From an uncultured archaeon (GTDB taxonomy: Archaea > Asgardarchaeota > Lokiarchaeia > Sigyniarchaeales > SOKP01): a DNA stretch of 64,000 bases. The translations under genes were made by a program, and so were the position numbers. The notes below the pieces were generated by a model. It was not told the DNA's origin, made no database searches, and saw only the letters and a program-made list of their open reading frames with translations. Positions 38,888 through 49,759 of the stretch are shown here, piece by piece. The stretch spans positions 32,001-96,000 of the forward strand of contig CAYLZE010000007.1 of assembly GCA_964388035.1 (NCBI GenBank), in the 5' to 3' direction. Position 1 is the stretch's first letter. Each line of letters starts with the position of its first letter.

Positions 38888-39520
38888 TTATTTATATATT
38901 AAATCTTTAGTTTTCTTTAATCGAATAAAATTTTCCCTATCTACTTCTTCTAGAATTTCTCTTATTTTTTTTATTTCCGCTTGTAATTCAGGAATGATGA
39001 TATTTTTAAGACCATTTATCCTACGATTTAATTTTTGAAAATTATGAGCAAATTTCAACATCATGTCTTCCTTCTGTGCTAAGGAGACCATTAGCTCAAA
39101 AAGGGTTATCATCATCTTTATCAAATCATCCAAATGATGGCTTGTTTGCATGAAAGAATATGCGGGAAGTTGTTTATCTTCTTTAAGTTTTAAAGTAATT
39201 TCGGGTAAAATGTTTCCCATTTGTTTAATATAAGTAACTAAAATTTTTGGAACAAATTGAATCTTGCTCATTTTACTAATCAAATATAAATTTCTGGTGC
39301 CCATTTCCTTATAAGTTTCATATAATTTCCCCATAGCCCTAAGGTATAGTCTCAGAAATTCCTTTCTTAAAGATAGATATTCGGGAAAATAAATCTTTAT
39401 TTCACTTATGATTTGTTCTCTTTTGAATTCGAGAAAATTTTCCCCTCTTACCGTAAAACGGAGTCTTTTCTGTAATCCAAGCAGATTAGTCTTGGTAGGT
39501 CTTACTTTCTTAAAGGAAAT
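38888..39520 (-). CDS. atpD: A/V-type ATP synthase subunit D
   Basis: NRRINGLKNIIIP and EVDRENFIRLKK; the frame stays open 62 codons upstream of the track ATG (ISFKKVRPTKTNL...LEFKRE); probable ATT start at 39520. Confidence 0.88.
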   Translation of the reverse strand: MSFKKVRPTKTNLLGLQKRLRFTVRGENFLEFKREQIISEIKIYFPEYLSLRKEFLRLYLRAMGKLYETYKEMGTRNLYLISKMSKIQFVPKILVTYIKQMGNILPEITLKLKEDKQLPAYSFMQTSHHLDDLIKMMITLFELMVSLAQKEDMMLKFAHNFQKLNRRINGLKNIIIPELQAEIKKIREILEEVDRENFIRLKKTKDLIYK

Positions 39521-39534
39521 ACACGAACACCTCG

Positions 39535-40929
39535 TTAAAACTGTTCACGATAATATTTATCAATAAATTTTTCTTTAATTCTGAATAATTGATTCTTGGG
39601 AAGAACCGAGAGAATGTCCCAAGCAATATCTAAAGTTTTTTCAAAACTTCGATTTTCGTTTGCACCTTGATTCAAAAATTTATTTTCAAAATCATCGGCA
39701 AACGTCAGTAAATATCTCTGCTCCTGGTTCAATCCTTCTTCTCCCACAATAGAAATAAGATCTCTTACTTCTAAAGAACTTGAATAGGTAGCTAGTAATT
39801 GAGAACTAACATCTGCATGATCCTCTCGAGTAGTTTTCGCTCCAATAGCATCCTTCATTAATCTAGAAATGGAGGCTAACACTTCAAAGGGAGGATAAAC
39901 CCCTTTTTTATGGAGATCCCTGCTAAGCACCAATTGGCCTTCCGTTATATACCCCGTGGTGTCAGGAATGGGATGGGAAATATCGTCGTTAGGCATGGTT
40001 AATATCGGAATTTGAGTAATAGAACCTTTTTTTCCTTTAATCTTACCTGTTCTCTCATAAAGAGAAGCGAGATCCGAATATAAATATCCAGGATATCCTT
40101 TTCTGCTAGGTATTTCCTCTTTTGCAGAGCTTAGTTCTCTTAGCGCTTCAGCATAATTCGTGATATCAATTAGTACGACTAATACATGCATGTCCTTATC
40201 AAATGCAAAATATTCTGCCGTTGTTAAAGCGACTCTAGGAACGATTAGACGTTCCATGATAGGGTCATCAGCGAAATTAATAAACGAAATAATGTTTTGT
40301 ATGTTTCCACTTTCTTTAAAGCGATCCAAAAAAAAAATTGCTTCATCTCTAATAATCCCAATTCCACAAAAAATGATTAAAAAAGGTTCTTCAGTTAACA
40401 CTTTTGCTTGAGTAATTATTTGAGCAGCTAGTTGATTATGAGAAAGCCCTTGTGCGCTAAAAATGGGCAACTTTTGGCCCCTAATTAAAGTAAAGAGCCC
40501 ATCAATAGCGGATACTCCCGTTTGAATGACATCTGAAGGATATTGTCGAGCAAATGGATTTATTGGAGCTCCATTTATATCTCTTTCCTCATCTGTTAAA
40601 ATGTTGTAATCTAATTCCCTCTTTGTACTGATGTCTATGGACTTTCCTAGGGAATTAAATACTCTACCAAGCATGTCCGGAGATAATTTGATATTAAAGG
40701 TATTTCGAGTGAAAGAAATTTTCGAATTTTCAGAAGAGAGTCCTTTAGTACTTTCAAACACCTCAACAACGATCGTATCCTCATCAATTTTGACGACTTC
40801 ACCGTTGCGTTCGGATCCATCTTGCGTATATATTTTAATAATTTCCCCATATTGAACATCATGCTCATTTTTCAAAAAGATTAGAGGACCTATGATTTTT
40901 TCAAGTCGGCTATAAGTAACTTTACTCAT
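39535..40929 (-). CDS. atpB: A/V-type ATP synthase subunit B
   Basis: [37 protein letters not shown]. Confidence 0.96.
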   Translation of the reverse strand: MSKVTYSRLEKIIGPLIFLKNEHDVQYGEIIKIYTQDGSERNGEVVKIDEDTIVVEVFESTKGLSSENSKISFTRNTFNIKLSPDMLGRVFNSLGKSIDISTKRELDYNILTDEERDINGAPINPFARQYPSDVIQTGVSAIDGLFTLIRGQKLPIFSAQGLSHNQLAAQIITQAKVLTEEPFLIIFCGIGIIRDEAIFFLDRFKESGNIQNIISFINFADDPIMERLIVPRVALTTAEYFAFDKDMHVLVVLIDITNYAEALRELSSAKEEIPSRKGYPGYLYSDLASLYERTGKIKGKKGSITQIPILTMPNDDISHPIPDTTGYITEGQLVLSRDLHKKGVYPPFEVLASISRLMKDAIGAKTTREDHADVSSQLLATYSSSLEVRDLISIVGEEGLNQEQRYLLTFADDFENKFLNQGANENRSFEKTLDIAWDILSVLPKNQLFRIKEKFIDKYYREQF

Positions 40930-40981
40930 TTTCCCTCATCTATTCTGATTTTTTTCATTTTTAACATTACTCATCCTTTTC

Positions 40982-42808
40982 TCATCTACTTTGAATTGAT
41001 TTTAAAGAATCCATTTCTTCTATTAATTTATCTCGTAATTGTTCCATTTGGGAAATATCATCATTTTTAACATTAGAGCTGACCCGTTGGAGATCATAAA
41101 TGATCTCGAGACTCTTGATATCCTCTACTAATACTCCTTGATTGATCAATTCCCGTGCTTCTTGATGAAATAACAATATAAGCTTAATTTGCGCTAAAAG
41201 TTTTTCCGGAGAAGTGAAACAATCGATATCATTAAATGCATTTTGTATTAAAAATCCATTCTTTATTATTTTCGCAACGAATAAATCAAGTTGTTGATCA
41301 TCAGGCAAGTTCTCTTCTCCAATAAGTTGGGTAATGTTTTTTAAATTGTTTTCTACAGACAAAATATCATTTACTCTTTTTCTGCACTGGAACCAATCTA
41401 ATTCTATGTTATGCCATTCAACATCTCTCTCATACCACCAATCCGAGATGTAATCGGGATAATTGGAATAAGAATCACGCCAACTAATAGCAGGATAATG
41501 TTTGGAATATGCTAAATTAGCATCTAATGCCCAAAAGGCTTGAACAAATCGTTTTGTGTTTGATGTGACGGGTTCATTAAAATCTCCGGAAGGAGGAGAT
41601 ACCGAACCAATAATGGAGAGAGAGCCAAGATTTTCTTTCTCTTCAGATTTACCTAATACATTGACAATTCCCGCTCGTTCATAGAAACTTGAAAGTTTAG
41701 AAGGAAGATAAGCAGGGTAACCCTCTTCAGCAGGCATTTCTTCCAATAACCCGGATATCTCTCTTAAAGATTCCGCCCATCTAGAAGTACTATCAGCAAG
41801 AAGGGCAACATCATAGCCCATATCCCGATAATATTCTGCAATCGTCACTCCCGAGAAAATACTTGCTTCTCGAGCGGAAACGGGCATGTTTGATGTATTA
41901 GCGATTAAAATAATTCGATTCAATAACTTCTTTCCCGTTCTAGGATCTTTTATTTCAGCGAATTGTTGTAAAACATCAGCGATTTCATTCCCTCTTTCTC
42001 CACATCCAACAAATACAATAACATTAGCATTACACCATTTTGCCAAGGATTGCTGGATTATCGTTTTACCCGTACCAAATCCTCCGGGAACGGCCACGGT
42101 CCCTCCTTTAGCAATAGGAAATAATAAATCGATAACCCTTTGACCAGTAATTAAGGGTTCAATTAAGTTTAATTTCTTTAAGTATGGCCTACTTTCCGTT
42201 ACAGGCCATTTTTGTATCATGGTAAAAGATTTTTCTTTATTATTAGTTTTTATACGATAAATTTCATCATTAACGTGATATTTACCATCTTTCACCACAT
42301 GAGTAAGTATTCCAGAAAGATAAGGGGGTACCATTATTTTATGTTGAACGGAATCTGTTTCTTGCACAATTCCAATTGTCTCCCCCCGCGTTACCTCATC
42401 ATTTACACTTTTTAACGCTTTGAATTCCCATAATTTGGTTCGAGAAAGGGAGGGTAATTCTAAACCCCTTTTTAAAAACCCTTTATTCTCAGTTTCTTCT
42501 AAGGCAAATTCAAGAGGTCTTTGAATGCCATCAAAAATGTTTCCAACGAGACCCGGACCCAATTCCATCGAGAGAGGTTCGTTTAGAGATATTACCTCTT
42601 GGTTAAGTTTCAGATTAAAAGTATCTTCATAACATTGAGCAACCACGTGATCTGCATGGATTTGGATGACCTCTCCCACAATATTGTTCTTTACTACTTT
42701 AATCAAATCATTTAGACGTGTAATTTCTTCAATTCCTTTTATTTTAATTAAAGATCCGTTAATGGATGAGATGTATCCCTTGCCATTTTTATGATTAGAT
42801 TTGATCAT
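40982..42808 (-). CDS. atpA: A/V-type ATP synthase catalytic subunit A
   Basis: P-loop GGFGTGKT, GCGERGNE, EMPAEEGYPAYL; no intein. Confidence 0.97.
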   Translation of the reverse strand: MIKSNHKNGKGYISSINGSLIKIKGIEEITRLNDLIKVVKNNIVGEVIQIHADHVVAQCYEDTFNLKLNQEVISLNEPLSMELGPGLVGNIFDGIQRPLEFALEETENKGFLKRGLELPSLSRTKLWEFKALKSVNDEVTRGETIGIVQETDSVQHKIMVPPYLSGILTHVVKDGKYHVNDEIYRIKTNNKEKSFTMIQKWPVTESRPYLKKLNLIEPLITGQRVIDLLFPIAKGGTVAVPGGFGTGKTIIQQSLAKWCNANVIVFVGCGERGNEIADVLQQFAEIKDPRTGKKLLNRIILIANTSNMPVSAREASIFSGVTIAEYYRDMGYDVALLADSTSRWAESLREISGLLEEMPAEEGYPAYLPSKLSSFYERAGIVNVLGKSEEKENLGSLSIIGSVSPPSGDFNEPVTSNTKRFVQAFWALDANLAYSKHYPAISWRDSYSNYPDYISDWWYERDVEWHNIELDWFQCRKRVNDILSVENNLKNITQLIGEENLPDDQQLDLFVAKIIKNGFLIQNAFNDIDCFTSPEKLLAQIKLILLFHQEARELINQGVLVEDIKSLEIIYDLQRVSSNVKNDDISQMEQLRDKLIEEMDSLKSIQSR

Positions 42809-43529
42809 ACTCTCTCAAATATTCCTCTATCTTTGATTTTTGCGTTTGAATAAATACTGCAAATTCATGCTCTATCTTTTTCATCTCTTCTTCAGAAATT
42901 AATTTCAAAAATTCTTTCTCAATTAAGGATGAATTATTATTAATGATTTCATCAATCGAATAATCTCGAGCTATTTTTTCGGCAGGTAATATTATTCTAT
43001 ATCCCCCAATTAATCCTTCTTCTAACTTTCTTAATTGAACTTTTTCTCCAAATAAATCTTCGTGTTGTTTCTTGTTTTGTGTAAAATAATCATAATCTTT
43101 GGAATTAAAATGGTACTCAAGGGATGATTCCCCTTTTAAATCCTTTACACTTTCTTCCATATTCTTAATCATGAACTTGATATACTCCGAATAATTTTTT
43201 TGGATATGCTCATTAACTTTAGCTCGGATATCTTCATTTAATTCATTGTTCAACCGATTTTTAAGGTTAAGAGAATAGTCCTTGGTTCTAATAAGATTGG
43301 AAGATAAAGAATTATTGCAAAATTCATTATAAGTATCGATAAAAGTATTTTTGATTTGTTGGGAACGCTCTTTGGTTTTTTCAAGATTTTTTTTTTTGAT
43401 TTTTGCTTTCTGAAATAATACTAATTGATTCATTTCTCTAATTTCTTTATCCGCTTTTTGGACCAAGTACACTCCTAATTTTCCCACTCTATTTTTTAAT
43501 TCTTTCTCTTCAGAAATGTCTCTTCCCAC
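42795..43529 (-). CDS. atpE: A/V-type ATP synthase subunit E
   Basis: N-terminal coiled coil, LIGGYRI...DYSID; operon position. Confidence 0.8.
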   Translation of the reverse strand: MGRDISEEKELKNRVGKLGVYLVQKADKEIREMNQLVLFQKAKIKKKNLEKTKERSQQIKNTFIDTYNEFCNNSLSSNLIRTKDYSLNLKNRLNNELNEDIRAKVNEHIQKNYSEYIKFMIKNMEESVKDLKGESSLEYHFNSKDYDYFTQNKKQHEDLFGEKVQLRKLEEGLIGGYRIILPAEKIARDYSIDEIINNNSSLIEKEFLKLISEEEMKKIEHEFAVFIQTQKSKIEEYLREYDQI

Positions 43530-43533
43530 CTTT

Positions 43534-43854
43534 TTAAATTATTATTTTATGAATGATATCATAAATTTTGTTATAAAATATATCCGCACTGTCAATATTA
43601 GGTTCAAAAATATTAGGAACGTGAAATACAAAAGGACTTCTATTATTTATTTTGAAATCTAATAAGAAATCAATATCATTTGGAGATAGTTCCATTGCGA
43701 TGATAATCATGCCTATTGATTTTTGTTTTATTAATTCGTTAAATACTTTAATAAAATCTTCAGGTTTTTCCACTTCTTTACCTTCTATTCCCAAGAGCCC
43801 AAATAACCTAACTAATTCAGGATCTCCCATTATAAACATTTCTTGTTCCGGCAT
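43534..43854 (-). CDS. atpF: A/V-type ATP synthase subunit F
   Basis: IMGDPELVRLFGLLGIEG, IGMIII, PFVFHVP. Confidence 0.88.
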   Translation of the reverse strand: MPEQEMFIMGDPELVRLFGLLGIEGKEVEKPEDFIKVFNELIKQKSIGMIIIAMELSPNDIDFLLDFKINNRSPFVFHVPNIFEPNIDSADIFYNKIYDIIHKIII

Positions 43855-44168
43855 TAAAATTCAAGCTTTAGTTTTTGTAAAATTGTATCTATTAATTGTT
43901 CTTTATTCTCCAAAAAAGCATTTTCGATATTTTTCAATGCACTAATAAAACGAGCATCAAAATTTTTTATTCCGACATGTACATCTTCAGAAAGTTCCTT
44001 TAACGCAGTATTGACGGTAGCGTGTTTTTTGTCAATTACATTTTCCATGCTGGTATCTTGCTCTTTCCGATAATTTTTCAAATCAACATTATTCTCTTCC
44101 TTAGCATTTTCGATCAAATACTTGTATGTCTCCTCAATATCCTTTATCCAATCAAATAAGTCAACCAA
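43854..44168 (-). CDS. A/V-type ATP synthase peripheral stalk subunit H/G (putative)
   Basis: 104-aa helical protein (IKDIEE...IENAKEE), stop overlaps atpF start. Confidence 0.65.
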   Translation of the reverse strand: MVDLFDWIKDIEETYKYLIENAKEENNVDLKNYRKEQDTSMENVIDKKHATVNTALKELSEDVHVGIKNFDARFISALKNIENAFLENKEQLIDTILQKLKLEF

Positions 44169-44185
44169 TTTTTTTCAATCCTCAA

Positions 44186-45247
44186 TTATATTTCTTTATT
44201 TCTTAATAATTCAAACTTTTTATCAATTAATTGCACCGCTTTGGGAAGAATATCAAATTTAATTTCTTTTTCCTTCATAATTAAAAGCTCCAATATTTTA
44301 TAAATTGTAATATATTCAATATCGCCAATTTGCAGACTAACCTTTGTAAAAAAATATTCAATATAAAGTGATTCTAGCGCCCAATTTAGATGATCCTCAT
44401 CAAAAGAGGATTCATGATAGAGATCTTTTATTTTTGAAGATGAACTTAAAATATATTTGAGATTGTCAATGAAAGATTCAGTATTTTCCAATGCAATCAA
44501 TGTTTTTATTATTTGTGGGGTTAAAATTAAATAATTATTAATAATTATTTGACTCAAGAGATTTCTGTCTACATTATTCTTGATCCCTCTATAAATTGTA
44601 CTTAAATTGTAGACTTCTACAGCATAATCTACAAACAAATTAATGGCGTTTCTTTCCTCTTTACTTGTACTATGCCCTATGTAAACCAAATTTCTGTAAT
44701 ACAATTGATCTAAGAATGCATCTAACACAAAAATCTCATGATTGTTCCTAAAATATAGCAGTCCTTCTCTTATGACTTCATAATATCTAGTTTTTCTCAT
44801 GAAGTATTCAATTTCTTCTAGAGAATAGAGCTCAAGTAATTTTTCGATGAACTCCTCATTATCTAAATATTCTTCTACAGTAAAATTTACATTTTCCTTC
44901 CTTTCTTCTTTGCTTAATCCTACAATAGTTCCTATAATTATCTGTTTGATATTGTAAATTTCATATTTTAATAGAAATGTTCTAAGAAAGTGGCGCATAT
45001 CATCGGGCGAATAGAGCATTATTTTTCCAATAACTTTTATAAAAATATTATATAATTTACTTTCCACTTCCTCGACAGTGGGGGCTTCGATCTTCATATC
45101 AGGATAATATGGTTTGATAAACTCCAAAAACTCTTCAAAGTTTTCAATGCTCCTTAATTTTTTTAAAGCTGGTTCATCCATTATTATCATTTTCAGATAA
45201 CCTATTTTAACATAGGTATACGCGTATGAAGGAATTTGAAATGTCAT
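44186..45247 (-). CDS. atpC: A/V-type ATP synthase subunit C (d)
   Basis: YAYTYVKIG, KYEIYNIK, LDQLYY, VYNLSTIYRG; size and operon context. Confidence 0.85.
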   Translation of the reverse strand: MTFQIPSYAYTYVKIGYLKMIIMDEPALKKLRSIENFEEFLEFIKPYYPDMKIEAPTVEEVESKLYNIFIKVIGKIMLYSPDDMRHFLRTFLLKYEIYNIKQIIIGTIVGLSKEERKENVNFTVEEYLDNEEFIEKLLELYSLEEIEYFMRKTRYYEVIREGLLYFRNNHEIFVLDAFLDQLYYRNLVYIGHSTSKEERNAINLFVDYAVEVYNLSTIYRGIKNNVDRNLLSQIIINNYLILTPQIIKTLIALENTESFIDNLKYILSSSSKIKDLYHESSFDEDHLNWALESLYIEYFFTKVSLQIGDIEYITIYKILELLIMKEKEIKFDILPKAVQLIDKKFELLRNKEI

Positions 45248-45368
45248 AAGATAACACCACGATTACATTTTTTAAAATAAATAATAAATAATTTTTATCT
45301 CCTTAGCAATTGGTAGAGGTATAATACATTAGAATGTTAAAAATTATAGCATGTTTCTATTAGCTAAG

Positions 45369-45749
45369 TTAGGGTAATGAAGGAATTTTAGTCCATAGTA
45401 AGACTGCCATGATTAATCCATAAATTGCTAATGCCTCACAGAGTGCTACTACGAGAAAAGCTTTAAAAAAGACTTCTTCCTTCTCAGATAATGACGCTAT
45501 TGCTGCTGTACCCGTTGTTTTTAATGCTGTACCCGCACCTAAAGTTGATAACCCTATGGCTATGCCCGCTCCTAAACCGAGCATCCCAGCAGTGTTGGCA
45601 CTATAGTAATCATAATTAGAGGGTTGCTGAACTTGTGCACTAACAAAACTAATTATTCCATCAACGGAGAAAAGAACTACCATCACCAGAAGAACTTGAA
45701 ATACCGCTAGTAATAAAAAAAACTTCTGTTTACCATTCATCAATTTCAC
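45369..45749 (-). CDS. atpK: A/V-type ATP synthase proteolipid subunit K (c) with N-terminal signal-like extension
   Basis: Gly-rich helix GLGAGIAIGLSTLGAG and VALCEALAIYG carrying the ion-binding Glu. Confidence 0.92.
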   Translation of the reverse strand: MKLMNGKQKFFLLLAVFQVLLVMVVLFSVDGIISFVSAQVQQPSNYDYYSANTAGMLGLGAGIAIGLSTLGAGTALKTTGTAAIASLSEKEEVFFKAFLVVALCEALAIYGLIMAVLLWTKIPSLP

Positions 45750-46185
45750 GTATTATGATTTGTTCTTAATTAATATTCTAAATAATTTTAAAATATTTTA
45801 AGTCTTCCTAAAAGAAAAAACTATTGCTTAGATTTATAATGAATGATATGAAAGAAACTAGTTTCCAAAAAAATTATATCGTTAAAAACCTCTTTTGTTT
45901 CTCACCTTCTTTGATTGCTACTAAAATTTTAATTATAAGCATAAAAAGCCGAATATTATAATATTTAATTAGAAATAGTAATCTTTGAATATCTGCCATT
46001 TTGAGACTAATATTATTTTCCTATTATACTCATGTAGAGGAATATTTATAGAATCTTTTTATCTTCAATGTTTTAACATATTTTTTTGAGTCATTTTTCG
46101 AAACCGAGAGATTTAAAAGCACGTACCCCATTAAAATTGCAAATTAGTCTCATGTAATTATAAAAATATAACCCGATAAACAAAA

Positions 46186-47685
46186 ATGATATATCAAGGA
46201 TTGTTCAACATATTAGACTTGTATTTAAACCAAATGCACTCCTTTTATAGTTCTATTGATAATTATTTTCAGCAGAAAATCAAAAATGTCTTTGGAACAA
46301 CGGTCATTAGCAATGAGATTAAAGAAACTCATGAGAAAATCATTTCTATGATTTCGGAAGATTTGAGCGAATTAGGGTTAACAATGGAGGATATTGATTG
46401 GATCTTTTCAAGAAGATTCTCCAATGGACAAAAATCTCTTCTTAGCAAATCAGAGATATATGTTACTGCTTTAGAGATTTATAATGCTAAAATATCCTCC
46501 GTGCTCCATGAGTTTTTTTTAGAAAAAATATTTGAGTATTTAGCAGATGAACCAACGAGTAACTCAACAATAATGTACTTAAAATCTAAGAATTTCTTGA
46601 CTATTGAATTCATGATGGAATTGCGGAATTTAAAAAGTTTATATGATAAAGCCCCAAAAAAGAAAAAAAACTTAGGAAAATACCTCAAAATTCGGGAAGA
46701 AATCTTATACCTCTTGAAAAAAAATAGAGAAAAGATAGAAGAACTCGAAGAATTTTCTGATCCGAGAGATAGATTGCAGTTATTCTACATGATATTTCGG
46801 ATTATCGACTTTTTTGGAATTCAAACGATATTTGATTTTAGTAAGATCAAGAATTACATCCAAAATAATATAGAGGAGTGGCTAGAAACCCTTCCTTTAG
46901 TTACCTTAAAGAATCCTGACCTCTATTATTGTGGAATCTATTTAGCAAAGGGGTTAGATTTAACTTTTAAGGAAGAAGATGAATATACAATCAAATACTT
47001 TCTACTAAGTATATATGATGAAAATATTGATGAATTTGAAGCACCAGTAATTGAAGCTACTAATAAAGTGGACTATTTTCTTAGATCTTCATTATTAATG
47101 GACTTAGAATTATCAGAGGAACAAGTTAAGGAGCTCCTAAAAATACCTCCTAAATTCTTAAGGGGTAATCATCTAAAAAATTTAGAAACATCTCAATTAG
47201 TCCTTATCCTACAAATGTATAATATAATGAAAGTAAAAAATGTAGATAGTACCATTGTAAAAATGATAATGAATGAGATTGAACAGCGCATTTCAACGGG
47301 AGGAATCAAGCAATTTAGAGAAGGATTTATTACTTCTGAGGCAACTTATTATGTCATGTTATGTAATTATATGCAAAGTACAATGAATATTTTAAAAGAT
47401 TATGACTTGATTGATAAACTAATCTCACGAATTTTTAGAAACTTAGGAATACTTGTTTTTACTGAAGAAACGAATTATGATTTATTGAGCGAGATCTTTT
47501 TCTCTTGTGAAGCTTTAAAATTATTAAATTGTGGTGAATCCATAACTGCCCTTATTCATCTAGTAAAATATTTATTTCCACAAGACGTATTAGATAAAAT
47601 TTTGATCAGGGGAAATAAATTTAAGCAAGATATCAAATTCAACAATTTAAAAATTAGTAGACTTACAGGAGAAAACCTCCATTAA
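46186..47685 (+). CDS. Hypothetical alpha-helical protein, possible degenerate prenyltransferase-like repeats
   Basis: 499-aa ORF; GGIKQFREGFITSEATYY resembles an alpha/alpha-toroid repeat. Confidence 0.5.
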   Translation: MIYQGLFNILDLYLNQMHSFYSSIDNYFQQKIKNVFGTTVISNEIKETHEKIISMISEDLSELGLTMEDIDWIFSRRFSNGQKSLLSKSEIYVTALEIYNAKISSVLHEFFLEKIFEYLADEPTSNSTIMYLKSKNFLTIEFMMELRNLKSLYDKAPKKKKNLGKYLKIREEILYLLKKNREKIEELEEFSDPRDRLQLFYMIFRIIDFFGIQTIFDFSKIKNYIQNNIEEWLETLPLVTLKNPDLYYCGIYLAKGLDLTFKEEDEYTIKYFLLSIYDENIDEFEAPVIEATNKVDYFLRSSLLMDLELSEEQVKELLKIPPKFLRGNHLKNLETSQLVLILQMYNIMKVKNVDSTIVKMIMNEIEQRISTGGIKQFREGFITSEATYYVMLCNYMQSTMNILKDYDLIDKLISRIFRNLGILVFTEETNYDLLSEIFFSCEALKLLNCGESITALIHLVKYLFPQDVLDKILIRGNKFKQDIKFNNLKISRLTGENLH

Positions 47686-47746
47686 TATGGTAGTGAGTCT
47701 TTATCTTTCCTTTTTAGTTCCATTTGGAAAATATCTTTTTTTAATT

Positions 47747-48790
47747 TTAAGCAAATAGAATTATTTTTAATATAGCGTAAGTTGAATAATAAAAAATTAA
47801 GATAAGTGATTCCCGAACAGTTAAAGTATTATCAGTCCATAGAAAAATAAGACTTAAGAAAATTGCTCCCAATAAAAGAGGAATATCAAACCATATTAAA
47901 GAGGGGGGAACGATAAAATCTACTATTATTGCACCTGATCCAGTAGCTAATAAAATATCACAGATATTTGATCCAAGGATATCTCCTATCGCAATTCCGG
48001 AAGATTTTCTTTTTAAAGCGGTTAAATCAGCTACTAGTTCTGGTAAACTTGTACCTACTCCAACCAGAAATAACCCTATAATGTATTGGGGGATCTGTAA
48101 TATTTTTGCTAATTCATGTGCATTTAGAACAGTCAATTCTGCGCCGATTAATAAGATAGTTAATCCTAATAAAAAGATTAATAGATTCCTAAAAACTTTA
48201 TTCTTAATATCTGGTATGTCTTGCTTATTTTCCACATTTTTTATAATGGCAGAAGATTCATCCTCAATTTTTTCTTTTAAAGCCAAATATTTACGAACTT
48301 CTTTTTCCGCTCGTTCGTTTTTTTTTTCACTCCAAATTATAAAAATTAAAAATAAAAAATAAGAGACAATATAGATAATTGCATCTATTCTTGAAATGAT
48401 TCCATCCATCGCACAGAAAAAAAATATAGCAAGGGCCACGATCATCATCAATCCTTCCCGTTTTAGTTCCCATTTTGAAACAAAGATGGCTTGAGTCAAT
48501 CCCAATATCCCTAAAATTAAACTTATTTGTGCGAAGAATGATCCTACTTTATTTCCTATTACGATACCATCAATTGTGGGATCCAATCCCGTTACTTTAT
48601 CAAAAGCACCCATTACACTAACTGCAATTTCGGGAAAGCTCGTTCCTATAGAAAGAATAGTCAGACCTATAAGAATATGACTAATCCCAAACTTTTTTGC
48701 TATGTTTTCTAAACTAATCACGGTTAATTTTGCTCCATAAAACAAACATATTAGCCCTAAAAAGAGAAACAAAATCGTATTTACAATCAT
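47747..48790 (-). CDS. Cation/Ca2+ antiporter (CaCA, YrbG-like)
   Basis: Two alpha repeats GTSFPE / GTSLPE, GNKVGS / GDILGSN. Confidence 0.92.
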   Translation of the reverse strand: MIVNTILFLFLGLICLFYGAKLTVISLENIAKKFGISHILIGLTILSIGTSFPEIAVSVMGAFDKVTGLDPTIDGIVIGNKVGSFFAQISLILGILGLTQAIFVSKWELKREGLMMIVALAIFFFCAMDGIISRIDAIIYIVSYFLFLIFIIWSEKKNERAEKEVRKYLALKEKIEDESSAIIKNVENKQDIPDIKNKVFRNLLIFLLGLTILLIGAELTVLNAHELAKILQIPQYIIGLFLVGVGTSLPELVADLTALKRKSSGIAIGDILGSNICDILLATGSGAIIVDFIVPPSLIWFDIPLLLGAIFLSLIFLWTDNTLTVRESLILIFYYSTYAILKIILFA

Positions 48791-49042
48791 TATTGCTTTA
48801 ATATACAATACTTTTTTAAAAATTTTGAAAAGCAAAAAGCACTAAAATTATTATTTCTTAATTGGTTTCATATTCACAATTATCAAATAGATTAATAAAT
48901 ATTTTGAATTCCAATAAACATGGATAATTTGTGACAAAATAAAAATTAAGGTCAATAATTTTTTAATACTATCATCAAAGACTCAAAAATATCCTTTATG
49001 TTAAAATAATTAATAAGCAGATTAAGGAAAATTGATAATAAT

Positions 49043-49564
49043 TTATTTAATGATTTTCTGAATTTCGACAATCCTTTTCGAAATGTGTTCTAGTGAATAT
49101 TTAATATGATTTTGCATTTCAATTATTTCTGATAATATTTTATTAATATGGGTTTTTTGAGAATTTGATAAGGATTTTTGCATTTGTGAGGATTTTATGG
49201 AATTCTGCGGATTCTCTTCTTTTTTTACGATAAAAGTTCTGGATTCTCCAGGATATTTAAGATCCACGCGTCCTTCAATAATTTCATTATAAATTGGGAT
49301 AAATTCTTCTGGCTCACGACCTTGCTTGATTAATTCATATTGATAATCATAATATTGCTTTTTACCTTTTAATTTTCCCGCCCAATTCGAAGCGATATAA
49401 CGATGAAAGAGCCGGGATTTTTGCCCTGCCCATAACCATATGGTTTTAATGGTCTTATCTATAATTAGATAGACACCTTCAGGCTCAAAAAAAGTAGTGA
49501 TTTCATTTGATAAAGATTCCCCGTCAATAATATAACAATATTCTGAATATTCCTTGCTTAACAT
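49043..49564 (-). CDS. Single gelsolin-domain protein with C-terminal coiled coil
   Basis: FEPEGVYLIID...IWLWAGQKS...ELIKQGREPEEF matches the gelsolin repeat consensus (vyilD, iyvWxG, QgxEpxeF). Confidence 0.82.
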   Translation of the reverse strand: MLSKEYSEYCYIIDGESLSNEITTFFEPEGVYLIIDKTIKTIWLWAGQKSRLFHRYIASNWAGKLKGKKQYYDYQYELIKQGREPEEFIPIYNEIIEGRVDLKYPGESRTFIVKKEENPQNSIKSSQMQKSLSNSQKTHINKILSEIIEMQNHIKYSLEHISKRIVEIQKIIK

Positions 49565-49759
49565 TTTATTCTCTCTCCTTTGCTAATTAAAAAATTAATC
49601 TAAAAATTCCTAATTAAATTTAACGTAAAGAAAAGGCACTTGTAATAAAGAAAAAATAAATAATAGCTATTTAAATTAGGGAAATTAATCGTTAAATTGC
49701 TAAAAGGTACTGATTTTAAGTATATCAAGATTAAAAAAAGAAAATAAAGTGATAATTTA

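Noticed and set aside
40982-42808. Intein in ATP synthase subunit A
   Set aside because: 608 aa with continuous P-loop region; no insertion
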